Assembly: GCA_012295275.1 (NCBI GenBank)
Contig: CM022672.1
Location: forward strand, 9,920,001-9,984,000
DNA length: 64,000 bases
Source: Chrysomallon squamiferum
Taxonomy: Eukaryota > Animalia > Mollusca
Direction of reading: 5' to 3'
Part shown: positions 53,235 to 64,000 of the stretch, one piece after another
Layout of the letters: each line of letters opens with the position of its first letter
Numbering within the stretch: position 1 is the stretch's first letter
The notes under the pieces: model-generated
Seen by the model: only the letters and a program-made list of their open reading frames with translations
Told to the model about the DNA's origin: nothing
Database searches by the model: none
Program-made: the position numbers and the translations under genes

Positions 53235-54218
53235 AATGAATAAAAATTAAAATCAAAATTGAAATAAAAAAATAAATAAATAAAAGAAAAAATAATATTT
53301 CAGTATTTATGTGAGAAAATATTTAAAAATGTCAATGTTATTAACATTATTATTATTGTTTTTAAAATTGTGAGATTTTACATGAGTTGGAGATTATAAA
53401 GAAAAAGTACTGAACCAAATGGCCATAAGAAAATAATGCTATTGTGTCCATCAGTTTGTTTTCAATAAAGGCAAACTAATCACTTGTACAGCAGATGTGT
53501 GGAGAATATCACAAAAACAGAATGTCATAAATAAATAAATAATACAAGAAATACAAACACCTGCTCAAACAGCACAGCCAGTCATTAGCATTATTGTAAA
53601 CCTAGCTCAAATATTTCGATATATTCTTTATTGAATTCCTGAACTTTGATAACATTTAACTCTATGTTATCCCTGCTGTGAAATAATTTCCACTATTATC
53701 TTTACAGCTGAAAACTGATGTACTTTGAAATAAAATATTTCAACTTCTAACAGGCTACTTATAGGAAACCTTGATTTTATGAAAACATATTCCCATTCTA
53801 TTTATAACCTTCCCACCAGCTAATATTATTTTCAGTCAGTATTAATGAATGTCTATATTTTTTCAACCCTCACTGGTCATAACAGAAAACTTTGGAATAC
53901 TGTTAACAATGGAAAAAAAATATATATATATATGTATTTTAATGTGTTTTGTGTCCATTTTCAAAATGTCTTTTTCAAAATCATTTTGAAAAATAGAAAT
54001 ATCCCATATTTAAAAAATATTGGATTTACAATCATTTACAAAAACATCTCACAACAGCTACAGTATCCCATGGCACGTATATCACTTGGTTATCAAAATA
54101 TTTGATTCCAATGTATTGACAATAGGTTATCAAAATATCTGATTCCAATGTATTTACATCACCACAGCACTGTGTTATTGAGTAAACTGCTCCACTGATT
54201 TAATTCCATTTCATCTTG

Positions 54219-54628
54219 TTAGATGACGTACACTGGTCCGGTACAGAATTTACATGGAAGGAAGTTCTTCTCCAAAAATGGAGGCTTGTCAACTTTGCTT
54301 GAATGTTCTATTTCTGAGATGAGGTTTAGAATTTTGTGAGCTGTTTGGTCCTCTTCAGAAGCCTGTGGTCTAGATACGTGGTTCTCCTGATGGTGAGAAT
54401 GTTTGTGATGGTGAACATGGTCTGCTGTCTGTTCACCTTCAGCTACTAATTGGTTATCATGGCTCATGTCTGTGAGGCCTGAAACAAAACTGTCCTGGTT
54501 CATGTCTTCTTGATGTCTGTCTGTCTCTGATCTGTCATGTTCCATCAGAGTTGTTCCCCCTGGACCTCCCACAATGGTTTCTACTTCACTTTCTGTGTCA
54601 CTCTCAGAACTAGTGTAGTCTGGCCAGT
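54219..54628 (-). CDS. GOLGA2: GOLGA2 last coding exon DWPDYTSSESD...PCKFCTGPVYVI
   Basis: ttcag acceptor, 410 nt, in frame with ORF 54219-54572. Confidence 0.88.
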
Positions 54629-57600
54629 CTGAAATTAATAATAAAAAATAGTGAAAATAATTTTAAATTTTGTTCACCCCGTTGTAAGCCAAGTGAATTT
54701 TCTTAGTATTTGTTTATTATGTTAAAAAAATTAAAAATAAAAACATATTTTTTTCAGGGATTTTTAAAAGGTGTTTCCTCTGTTTCCCTGAATTATTAGA
54801 AATGCCTGTAACAACATTTTCGTAATTAGATGCCAATAAACATTCTCTTAGCAAACAACAGTTGTTAGCGATTTGTATCTTCATTATCTTGAGAATTAAC
54901 TGAAATTATATTAAGCATTATCAAGGACACACATACAGAATACAAAAATTGTTTCTTTTTCAAACTAATGGAAAAGAAAATGCACTACTGTCAGTTCGTA
55001 ATTTTCCAGTCACCCAGTTCTTCCTGAAATGACACACAGCACTGAGGAGGAGAGATCTCATGACTCAAGCCTTTGATCTAACCACTACCTTGTTTCCTCA
55101 AACTGAAAACGTTAGTCACTTACTTAGAGGTAAGTTAAAGAGGAATTTACAAAACATCTGTTTACTACCTAGTGGTTCGTGTTTCAAAACAAACATACCA
55201 TTGTAGCTGTTGTTTGCCATGCCGTTGACCAGCTGCTGTTCATGTTTGCTGGAATGAGTCTTGCTGCTGTGACTGTGTTTTAAGTGAGAGGTCTCAGGAG
55301 ATCGCCGTGTTTCCTCGTTGTAACTGTGCAGCATGTTTCGTTCTCCCAGAAGCTGCATTACCAGTGACTGAAGCTGACCAAGCTTACGCTGAAGTGAGAG
55401 AGAACAAAATAATAACAATAATATCTTGCAGTGTGATAATAAAAGTAGAACATTCTTTTTTTACACAAATATTATTTCAAGGTTTTTAAAAACTTTAAAA
55501 TTTTTGCAATCAAATAACTGTTTTGTTAAACAGTAAAATAAAACATTTCAAGACACTATATACAATTTATTTTTCAAGATACTCTATACAATTTATATTA
55601 CAAGATACTCTATACAATTTATATTTCAAGAGACACTAAATAATATTGTATATTTCAATACACACAGTACAATCTATACTTCCAGAAACACTAAACAATA
55701 GTGTATATATTTCAATACACACCATACAGTATATATTTCAATACACACCATACAGTATATATTTCAATACACACTATGCAGTATATATTTCAATACACAC
55801 TATTCAGTATATATTTCAATACACACCATACAGTATATATTTCAATATAAGCTTTCAATACATATTTCAATACACACTATTCAGTATATATTTCAATACA
55901 CTATGTTTTCACTCACCTGCATTTCCTCTCTGTCTTTAGCCAGTTGAACAATGTACTCATTTTTCTGGGTTTCCCTCTGCTGCAGCAGAGCCCTCTGGTG
56001 ATGATATAGGGAAATGTATTCACCTGTTTATGTAGAAAGAAAAATAACATCACTTATCTGAAGAAAGAAAAGCCCAGAGTGATATTTAAAACTGCCCCCA
56101 ACTCTACATAGTGTAACTCAGTAAAACAATAACTTGAAAAAAAGTTAATCAACCAATTAAAATAAAAATTAAAATAAATAACTAATTAATTAAATAATAA
56201 TAATAATAATAATAATGAAATCTGTTAAGAGAAATGAGTTAACAACATACTTAGAAACATTCTTACTACTACTACTACTAATAATAATAATAAAATCTAA
56301 TAAGGATACTGTGCAAACACTAAACACAAAGTAACTAAAAAGATTCTTAAGACAAACATTCTGGCCCTGGATAATAAATTTACATTTTCCAAGTCTTACA
56401 CTCAAAACAAAATAAATTTAATATTTTTAAGACCTGTGCAACTAAAATGAATCATAAACACTTTTTCAGTTTCATATTGCTATTTTTAAAATTAATTTAA
56501 ATCCATTTTTATTTAATCTGTCTCTTATCACATTTGAAAGAACAATAGTATTTTGAAATTAGCAGTCAAATGTCAGATATAATCAGTTAGTTTTATACAG
56601 GATAGTTTAAGAGAGGAAATCCATTGATGTGAATGGTGGGAATGGCAAAATCGTCTGATGAATGTACTAAGATGGTCTAATCTCATGATTTATTGCCATT
56701 TTGACAAACACTTTAATCAGCAGAGTAAAGGCTGGACAGCTCTATTGCTACAGAAATCTTACCTATTGTGTCTGTTTCTCCCTGAAGTTGTGTGACCATG
56801 TGTTCTAACTGGTCAGCCTTGTCTGTCAGGTCTGCCTTGTCCCTCATCACTTTGGAATATTTTTCCTGTATTAATAAAACAGACACTTTAATAAATAACG
56901 TATACAAAAGACTTTTTAAAAAATCAATAAAAAAATAAAATAAAATAAAATGATGAAAATACATTATTAATAATTTTAAAGAAAAAGGAAAAAAAACCAT
57001 AAAGGAATGATTTAAAACAAAAATAAAATAATAAAGAAACTTGTACAAATTTGTATCAAGATTCCTCTAAACTGTGTTTATAAAGTTAAGCTTTTTGCAT
57101 CATTAATTATGTATTATTGTCACATAAAGAAATTATGTACTTTCATTGAAACACTGTTACTGACTGTTTTATATTCTAGATTTTTGTTTTAGGTGACCAC
57201 TTTATGGAATACTTTACAACTCAACAGACTGCACTCAGCTGTTCCTCTTAGTGATTTTGAAAAAAAGTTAATTTTCAAATTATTTCTTTTAAAAGTATAT
57301 TACCATTTTAAGATTTTAAATTTAACTGTTCAGATTAGTTGTTAATAATTTTAAAACTATCTTTATATTTCAATCTGTGACCTTATTTACGAAATAACAG
57401 AGTACATGTCAATTTTGCCACATCTCTTTCCCCATCATTAGATTTGTTTCAGTAATACAAAAACCCTCTATTTGATTAAAGGATTTTTGTTCAGGTTTTT
57501 TTTTTAAATAACTTTTCAGTGATTTTCTGGAAATGTTAGAAATGCCTCTTACAACATTTTCATAGTTAGATGACAATAATATATTCTATTAGCAAATAAA

Positions 57601-60600
57601 ATGTTGTTGGTAACTTGTTTTTTGTATTCATCACTGTATGAAGTGAAAGAAACAGTTTTTAAATACATCACTGTACAGACCTGAATCATTTCCAGTGCAT
57701 TTTTCAGTTGGTCATAGTCTGATCTGGTTATAATATCATTGTCAAGATTGTCTTGTGCTGGAACAAAATGTCAATGTGCAATTATTAAAGAAATATTTAA
57801 TATTGTTTTGGTGTTTAAGCATTGTTAGTTTTATGTAATCATGTCAAAAAAAAAGCATAAAAACTTATCGTCATTATTTATCTAAATCTGAACTGTAAAT
57901 TAAAAAGAAAAAATATATAATGATGAAAATTAATTTATTAAAAGTACATCAAAAATTTTAATAATAATAGTAGTAGTAGTAGTAGTAGTAGTAGTAATAT
58001 AGTCACTTTTCCTAATTATCTCCTCTTGAAGATCAGCCACCTTTACTCCCAGACTGTCAGACAACTCTCGCTGTTCTCGGAGATTCTCAGTTAACTGAGT
58101 TCTCTCATTTTCTAACTGTTTGATTGTCGAAGTCAGGGAATCAATCTGAAAATAAACACCATGCAATGACAGCAAATTAAATACCTTTTGTATTCTGACA
58201 TCACTACTATCGTTATTTTTAACAGTTAATATATATTAGCAATCACAATTCCAGGAATCAAAGAAATATAAATAATGGAATGTTTCTTATTTTTTTTATA
58301 AACTAAGAAAACATTAGATTATGATAAACCAGCTGTGAAATTTTGCAAGAGCAGCATTCAATCTAAGACTCTCATAATTGTTGAAGATTGAAATTTGGCT
58401 AAAATCTTTCATTTTCTGAAGGCTGGAATTACTAAAAGACAAGTCATCTCAGATATGAAAAATGTCCTGTTATATTTACTTACCACTTCATCTCTGTTTT
58501 TCCCCAAAGATGAATCATCTGAATTCTCTGAGTCCATCTTTACTTCAGTGGCTTTGATCAACATGCTTCTAAGTTCTCGGTTTTGTGTTGTCAGTGCATC
58601 CATCATATCCTGAGAGAAAAGATGCAACAAAAATGTAAGACTTTAAACAATTCTCAACTGATAAAATAAATAAATAAATAAAAAAAACACTAAACAAAAC
58701 TTTTAAAATTATTTTAAAATTATTTGAAAGTGCATTTTTAAAACTGGAAACATTCTACATTTAAAAAATACTGGATTTACAATTATTTACTTTCATGATT
58801 TCTTGGAGATCACAGTTAGCTGAAATAATATTTGGCACATATATCATTATTTAAGTGTATTTTGATTTTGAATTAGATACAATACTCATTATGACACAAT
58901 AACAGGTACTTAGTAAAATTACAAAAACAAGGATAAAACAAAAAGACAAAAAGAAGAAGAATAAGAATAAAAAGAATGAAATTACAAAGTTAAGATATTT
59001 AATGAACTTAGAAAATGTGTTTGAAATTTTCATTCTCATTCACTTAACCTGCTTCAAGCATAAACAAATATTACAACTGTCACATTTAAATTTCAACATA
59101 AAATCAACCCAAACATGAATGTAAAAAGAAAGCCCCAATGTTATAAAAAAAACTTTTCATCACTTAGTAATAATATACATCTGAAAAATAACAGTAAGTG
59201 AAAATATGCCTAATTCTGTAACTTTATTATCTTGCTTTTTCCACCTATTATCATCTAAATAAACCTGAAAACCTCTTTCTCAAAACACCCTAAGTCACAT
59301 TTCACTAACTACAGGAACATCACAACAAATGTTTAACATATTCCAGATGACTAAGTTTATTCAGAGTACATAATGTAACAAGTGTCATGAGTACATAATG
59401 TAACATTAGAAGTTATCACACAGCAAAAGTGTGTTCGTAAATGTTTCCGATCTGATAAAATGTAAATTAAGAAAACGATGGACTGAAAGTATTTTGAAAA
59501 AAGGGTTCTTCAGTTTTACCTGTGCTGAAGTGAGTTCATTCTGTAAGGTATCGACAAGCTGTGCTTGAGCTTCGTAGTGTCGCAGTCTGTCCTGGATTTG
59601 ATCTTGTTGAAATTCCTCCTTCTTCACGTTCTCTGTAACACTGTACAGCTGAGACAATTCACCATCTTTCTTAGCAATCTAGAAAAAAATAATGATTATT
59701 AATTATGTTTGAAAAATAAAAATTACTAGAGAAATAGTAAAATGACAATTTGTATTTATATTTTTAAAGTGCACTGATTATAAAATACATGTTAGGAAAA
59801 GGAAAAGTGAGAAATGAGCTTAAAAGGGAATTTACATTTTTAACTGTATCAAAATGGAACTCCATGTAGTTTTAGTTTTTGTTTATTTATTTCTCAACAT
59901 GCTTAACCTGTTTAAAATTTCAACTGAAACATACAAATGTAAAATAATCACGATCACAATCTTTTCAAATTGAGACACTGCAAATATCAACTTTGAAGTT
60001 TTACAGTTTTAAAATGCTAAACTTCATTCTCAGCTAAATGGACATATGAACAATGATAATTTGAACACAGTTTAAATCCTAATACTTCAATTATGTCCCT
60101 TTATGTGAAGTGCTAAAATCTATATCGTGACAACAAAATGGACCCTGATTTATGTTCATACTCCTCAGCTGTAATTTTGTTCCCTCTGTTTGATCTAAAG
60201 ATCTAAGTTATAAGATGTAGAATAGACCCATACCAACTGTTTTTGGTTTTTCAATTCGTCCTCCTGCTGAGCCAGTTTCTGAGTCAGTTCTATTGTTGTG
60301 TGTTCTTTGCCCTGCAACTTTGTCAGTAACTCCATGTTGTCATTACTCTACAATAGTTAACAAATTTCTTTAAAAACAAGAAATATTTATCACTTTTTAA
60401 TACGTTTGTATGTGTGTGTATGTATATTTTTAAAAAACAACTAAAAGCATTGGTTTCCTTCTTTGTCACATAGCTACTTCAAGTCTACAAAATTACTATT
60501 TATAAGTCAAGACAAAACTGTGAATTACACCAACTGTTTTACAAAAAATTTAATTTAGAAATCAGTTAATCTGATCAGCTATTCAAAGATATTAAGTAAT

Positions 60601-63600
60601 AAATAAATAAATAAATAAATAAAAAAAAGAAAGAATATTTTGTCAATAAATCAAACTAAAACACAAACGAAGTAAACACATCTGCACTGGAACTGCTGTG
60701 AAAGAACAATTTTTATTATTATTATTATTAATCTATTTTTATCATCATCGTTATTTTAGTGTCAAGTTTAAGTGGAGCTGGGTGAAAGAGAAGTAACTAC
60801 CAGTTTGACAAAACCGTTCTGGAGTTCGGCTAGTTGTCTTTTCAAGTCTTTGTTCTGCGTTAGAGCTCGACTCAGTGCTGTCTTGTCACTCTGTACACTT
60901 TCCAACAGCGACGCCTTGTCTCCCGCCTCTTCTCCCAGTCTAGACACAGTCAACTCCAAGTTTGCAATGAGGTCTTCTTTTTCCTGTAGGAATCTGAATT
61001 AAACAAAAAAAACATTTTGTAAATAAATAAATTTATTAACTAATTAATTAATTAACAGACAAATATGGAAATGCATGATGAATGAATTGAAAATGTTACA
61101 TAAAAGGAAATAAATTATCGAATAATAAATAATTAGACAAGACAGTTTAATCCAGGCTCATTTTATACTCCACTAACTTTGAAACCAATAATATTTGGAG
61201 CTGTACATGAACACACAATGCAGACAAAATTGCAACAAATTCTGATGAAAACTCTTTGAGATATTTGGAAAATATGATACAAAAAGCAATTTTGAGGAAA
61301 TCCTTTCTAAAATGTTATGCTGTAAAAATACAGCACTTTTCAATAATTTAGAAACAATCTGCTTCACCCTGTAATAAATCTCAAACATCTGTTTGGTACA
61401 AACACACAGCTGAACTAAAAATTCTTCTACTTATTTATTCCCAGCAGTCCAAAAACATGAAAATTACGAAAACAATTCTATAGTTAAACCTCCAACCTTA
61501 CCATAAGCTGTAAACTGTTACCTGCTAAGCTGTGCGTTATCTCTGACTTGAGCTTCGTGTCTGGCCTGCAGCTCACTGTACTCTGTTTTCAGTCTGTTTA
61601 CTTCTTCCAAACTATCAGATGGAATGTCAGCTGAAGGCTGCCGAAGATCGAATTCCTCTGATAAAACAAGAGTTTAACAGTGATACATAGCTAACCACAT
61701 GGCAGACCAAAACATGTAGGTAACGTAATGATGCTAAATTCTGTTTTCTAATTAACATAACAAATGTATATTTATTAGTAAAAGAAATAAACGTCATGAG
61801 TCAACTTCGACATTCTGAAAATATTTCTACTTATCAGCTTTCTGAAACAAATTAAAAATAAAATATACATATATTCAGGTCTCTTTCACATGCATGTGTT
61901 CATCATTTTATCTGTATATATATATATTTATTGACCAACTAAATATAAAGCCTTCAGTGCCTTTAAAACATTTAGCAAATAACTTGTATACAATTCAGAA
62001 AAAAAAAAATAAATAAATAATAAAAAAAGGAAATGTCTCTAATCTGATTTGTTAACATAAGAATGTTTGTGTTGAAAATGTTGATTATTTTACCTATCGT
62101 CTTCTTCAGCTCTGATACAGAACCTTCTAACTCATGGTTTTGACTCAACAGCTTGTCCCTTTCACTTGACAGTTGGGTTACCTGATACAGAGATAAACAG
62201 AACAAAATTATCAGTACTGTTATTTTATATAAATAAAATTATTTTTTATTTAATTATCTTTTTTTTTTTTTTTTTTTTTTTAAATACAAGTGCTTCTTAA
62301 ATAAAGGTAATTTTGGTAAATTAAAGTAAAATTGCAATGTATGAAATCAGATTTTACGGTAACGAGAATTAACAAAAAAAATAAAATAAAATAAAAAATA
62401 CGACAATAAAACAAAAACACAAAAAATATTTGGATAAAAGAGTAAATCTTGTAAGATACGACATAATGACATTATGACAAGACAGACCTGAGTGGACACT
62501 TCCTCCAGCTCATGACGCAACTGTTCTATATAATGTTTATACTGTTCAGATGTTTGGTCCTGCTCAGCCTTTAAGCTTTGGAATGATTCTTCATACTGCA
62601 AAAATAACCAACAGTGATATTTTGCATGTACTGTACAATAAAAATACAATCTATAAGGAGAGGAAATACGGTCTGGGAAAAGATCATCTTAATATTGCAT
62701 ACTGAAAAAAATATCCTATAATGAATCATGACAAAAAAATGAAAAAAGAAAAACATTTCACCAACAACAAAACAGTGAGAGAAAAATGTTGATTTGGGCC
62801 ACTACTTATAGATGTCATTTTGTTATCATTGAAAAAATGTAAACCATAGCTGCTGAATTATTTTGGATTGCAACCATAATTCTGTGTTACAATTTGTGTA
62901 CAAATTTGTTTTCTATTGCTACTGCTCAAAATATAAAATATAAAATTCTTTGAAATGTTTAGAATAAATAAATAAAGAAAGAAAGATCTACAGAAAAAAG
63001 AAACTTGCAATAATAATAAAGGAATATTATTTACCTGTTTTATTTTTGCTAAAAATTCAATTTTTTCCTGCTGCAATTGTTGAATCATTTGAATTGATTC
63101 TGCTGAAGATTCAGTCTCAGAGGATAACTTAAATAAATAAAAAAGTATATAAGATAAAAATGGTTCATTTGTAGGTGCTTTTTTGTGGTGATTCACTGTT
63201 TAAGGTTGTTTTGTGTTTTTTATACTCAACAATGATTTAAAAATATCAATATGCATTTACAGTATAACTGAAAAAAAAGAAAAAAAGTAAACATATAAAT
63301 AATAATAGCATTCAGAGACTAATCTCCCAGTTATTTGAAAGATTTAATTCAAATATCATTGGAAATTCTTATTCAGTCACATTTCACTTTTTCTTTTATT
63401 TAAATTTAGTTTTTCCAGTTCACATTATGTGAAAACATTTTACTACATGTCAGTTGTGAAACCAGATTAAACATCAATTTCATCTTAAGTAAACTGTTCA
63501 ACAATTAAATATATAAATTGGTTTTTTTTTTATTAATATATATATATATTTTTTTTTTTTTTACTTATAAGTATTATTAATAGTAGTATATTCAAATGCA

Positions 63601-63714
63601 AATAATATACATTTACAAATGAAAAAAACTTACTTGTTTTGCATAAAGGTCAGCCATTTCAAGTTTCTTAGTGAGTTTATTGACTGACTGTTCTAACTGG
63701 GAACATTCTGCAAC
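54219..63714 (-). CDS. GOLGA2: Golgin subfamily A member 2 (GM130), 3' part; 5' exons lie beyond the window
   Basis: 15 GT-AG exons with consistent phases encode a coiled coil including LQGETDTIG|EYISLYHHQRALLQQRETQKNEYIVQLAKDREEMQ (GOLGA2 signature, cf. human LQGETDTIGEYIALYQSQR) and SRALTQNKDLKRQLAELQNGFVKL; C-terminus PCKFCTGPVYVI-stop (CxxC plus hydrophobic PDZ-type tail, as in invertebrate GM130). Confidence 0.92.
55199..55388 (-). CDS. GOLGA2: GOLGA2 exon RKLGQLQSLVMQLL...NNSYN
   Basis: 190 nt, phase 0/1. Confidence 0.85.
55545..55903. repeat. 26-bp minisatellite in GOLGA2 intron
   Basis: Unit tatatatttcaatacacaccatacag repeated; explains spurious ORF 55646-55939. Confidence 0.85.
55917..56023 (-). 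CDS. GOLGA2: GOLGA2 exon GEYISLYHHQR...REEMQ
   Basis: 107 nt, phase 1/0, gtgagt donor; not in ORF track. Confidence 0.9.
56763..56865 (-). CDS. GOLGA2: GOLGA2 exon EKYSKVMRDKADL...LQGETDTI
   Basis: 103 nt, phase 0/1; signature motif. Confidence 0.9.
57681..57757 (-). CDS. GOLGA2: GOLGA2 exon TQDNLDNDIITRSDYDQLKNALEMIQ
   Basis: 77 nt, phase 1/0; not in ORF track. Confidence 0.8.
58007..58145 (-). CDS. GOLGA2: GOLGA2 exon IDSLTSTIKQLENER...EEIIRK
   Basis: 139 nt, phase 0/1. Confidence 0.82.
58484..58609 (-). CDS. GOLGA2: GOLGA2 exon DMMDALTTQNRELRSML...RDEV
   Basis: 126 nt, gtaagt donor. Confidence 0.85.
59520..59678 (-). CDS. GOLGA2: GOLGA2 exon IAKKDGEL...DRLRHYEAQ...ELTSAQ
   Basis: 159 nt, phase 0/0. 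Confidence 0.85.
60234..60347 (-). CDS. GOLGA2: GOLGA2 exon SNDNMELLTKLQGKEH...QKQL
   Basis: 114 nt, ttgtag acceptor, gtatgg donor. Confidence 0.82.
60801..60993 (-). CDS. GOLGA2: GOLGA2 exon FLQEKEDL...SRALTQNKDLKRQLAELQNGFVKL
   Basis: 193 nt, phase 2/0; conserved GOLGA2 motif. Confidence 0.88.
61522..61657 (-). CDS. GOLGA2: GOLGA2 exon EEFDLRQPS...AQVRDNAQLSR
   Basis: 136 nt, phase 1/2; AQVRDN motif typical of GOLGA2. Confidence 0.8.
62094..62181 (-). CDS. GOLGA2: GOLGA2 exon VTQLSSERDK...LKKTI
   Basis: 88 nt, phase 0/1. Confidence 0.8.
62488..62595 (-). CDS. GOLGA2: GOLGA2 exon YEESFQSLKAEQ...EEVSTQ
   Basis: 108 nt, tgcag acceptor, gtctgt donor. Confidence 0.8.
63035..63127 (-). CDS. 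GOLGA2: GOLGA2 exon LSSETESSAESIQ...AKIKQ
   Basis: 93 nt, phase 0/0, within ORF 62858-63196. Confidence 0.75.
63634..63714 (-). CDS. GOLGA2: GOLGA2 exon VAECSQLEQSVNKLTKKLEMADLYAKQ
   Basis: ttacag acceptor, gtaagt donor, 81 nt. Confidence 0.8.
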
Positions 63715-63924
63715 CTGTAAAATAATTATTATCTATTAATATTAATCAACATTATCACAATTTTAGAATCCATAAGTATCTATAATCCTTTTTTTTTTTA
63801 TTTTGGTATTTTTAGAGTTATTGTTCAACTTAAAATTCCAACTAATTTGAATGCAAACATTCAAACTGAAATATTAATCTGCTATTTTATTTTTAGTTGA
63901 AAGCTTTTTTCGTTAAAAAAAAAA

Positions 63925-63933
63925 AATAAATAA

Positions 63934-63972
<39 letters not shown>

Positions 63973-63973
63973 A
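63925..63973. repeat. (AAAT)n microsatellite
   Basis: Direct reading. Confidence 0.9.
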
Positions 63974-64000
63974 CAGCTTTATTTGTTTTTCTTCAGATAT

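Larger units (their letters stand above)
34025..58091. repeat. Segmental duplication unit B (part alignable within this window)
   Basis: Aligns with 1-21762. Confidence 0.9.

Noticed and set aside
1-64000. Prokaryotic sacsin/HEPN defence operon interpretation
   Set aside because: Spliceosomal introns, GOLGA2 and microsatellites show this is animal nuclear DNA

Overview
Eukaryotic, AT-rich, microsatellite-rich, intron-containing animal DNA; probably an invertebrate, possibly a mollusc (inference only). The window holds a tandem segmental duplication (offset about 34 kb in the genes). It carries two + strand sacsin-like genes with three GHKL/Hsp90-type ATPase repeats, a J domain with HPD and a C-terminal HEPN domain. 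Copy 1 (<1-11709) is 5'-truncated by the window and has 3 frameshifts. Copy 2 (30309-45808) has 7 coding exons, would encode about 4364 aa if repaired, and has 2 frameshifts plus 1 in-frame TGA. Convergent with copy 2 is the 3' part of a GOLGA2/GM130 gene on the - strand (15 exons traced, 63714 down to 54219). A decayed partial GOLGA2 copy at 20.0-21.76 kb marks the duplication breakpoint. The 8 kb upstream of copy 2 contains a triplicated promoter-like module with STAT (GAS), IRF (ISRE), KLF/Sp and CRE-like motifs, a degenerate DIRS-like retroelement fragment, and an orphan antisense exon resembling the RAR/TR nuclear receptor C-terminus. The main hypothesis is an immune-inducible, tandemly amplified sacsin family with homogenised ATPase/J cores and diversifying inter-domain regions.
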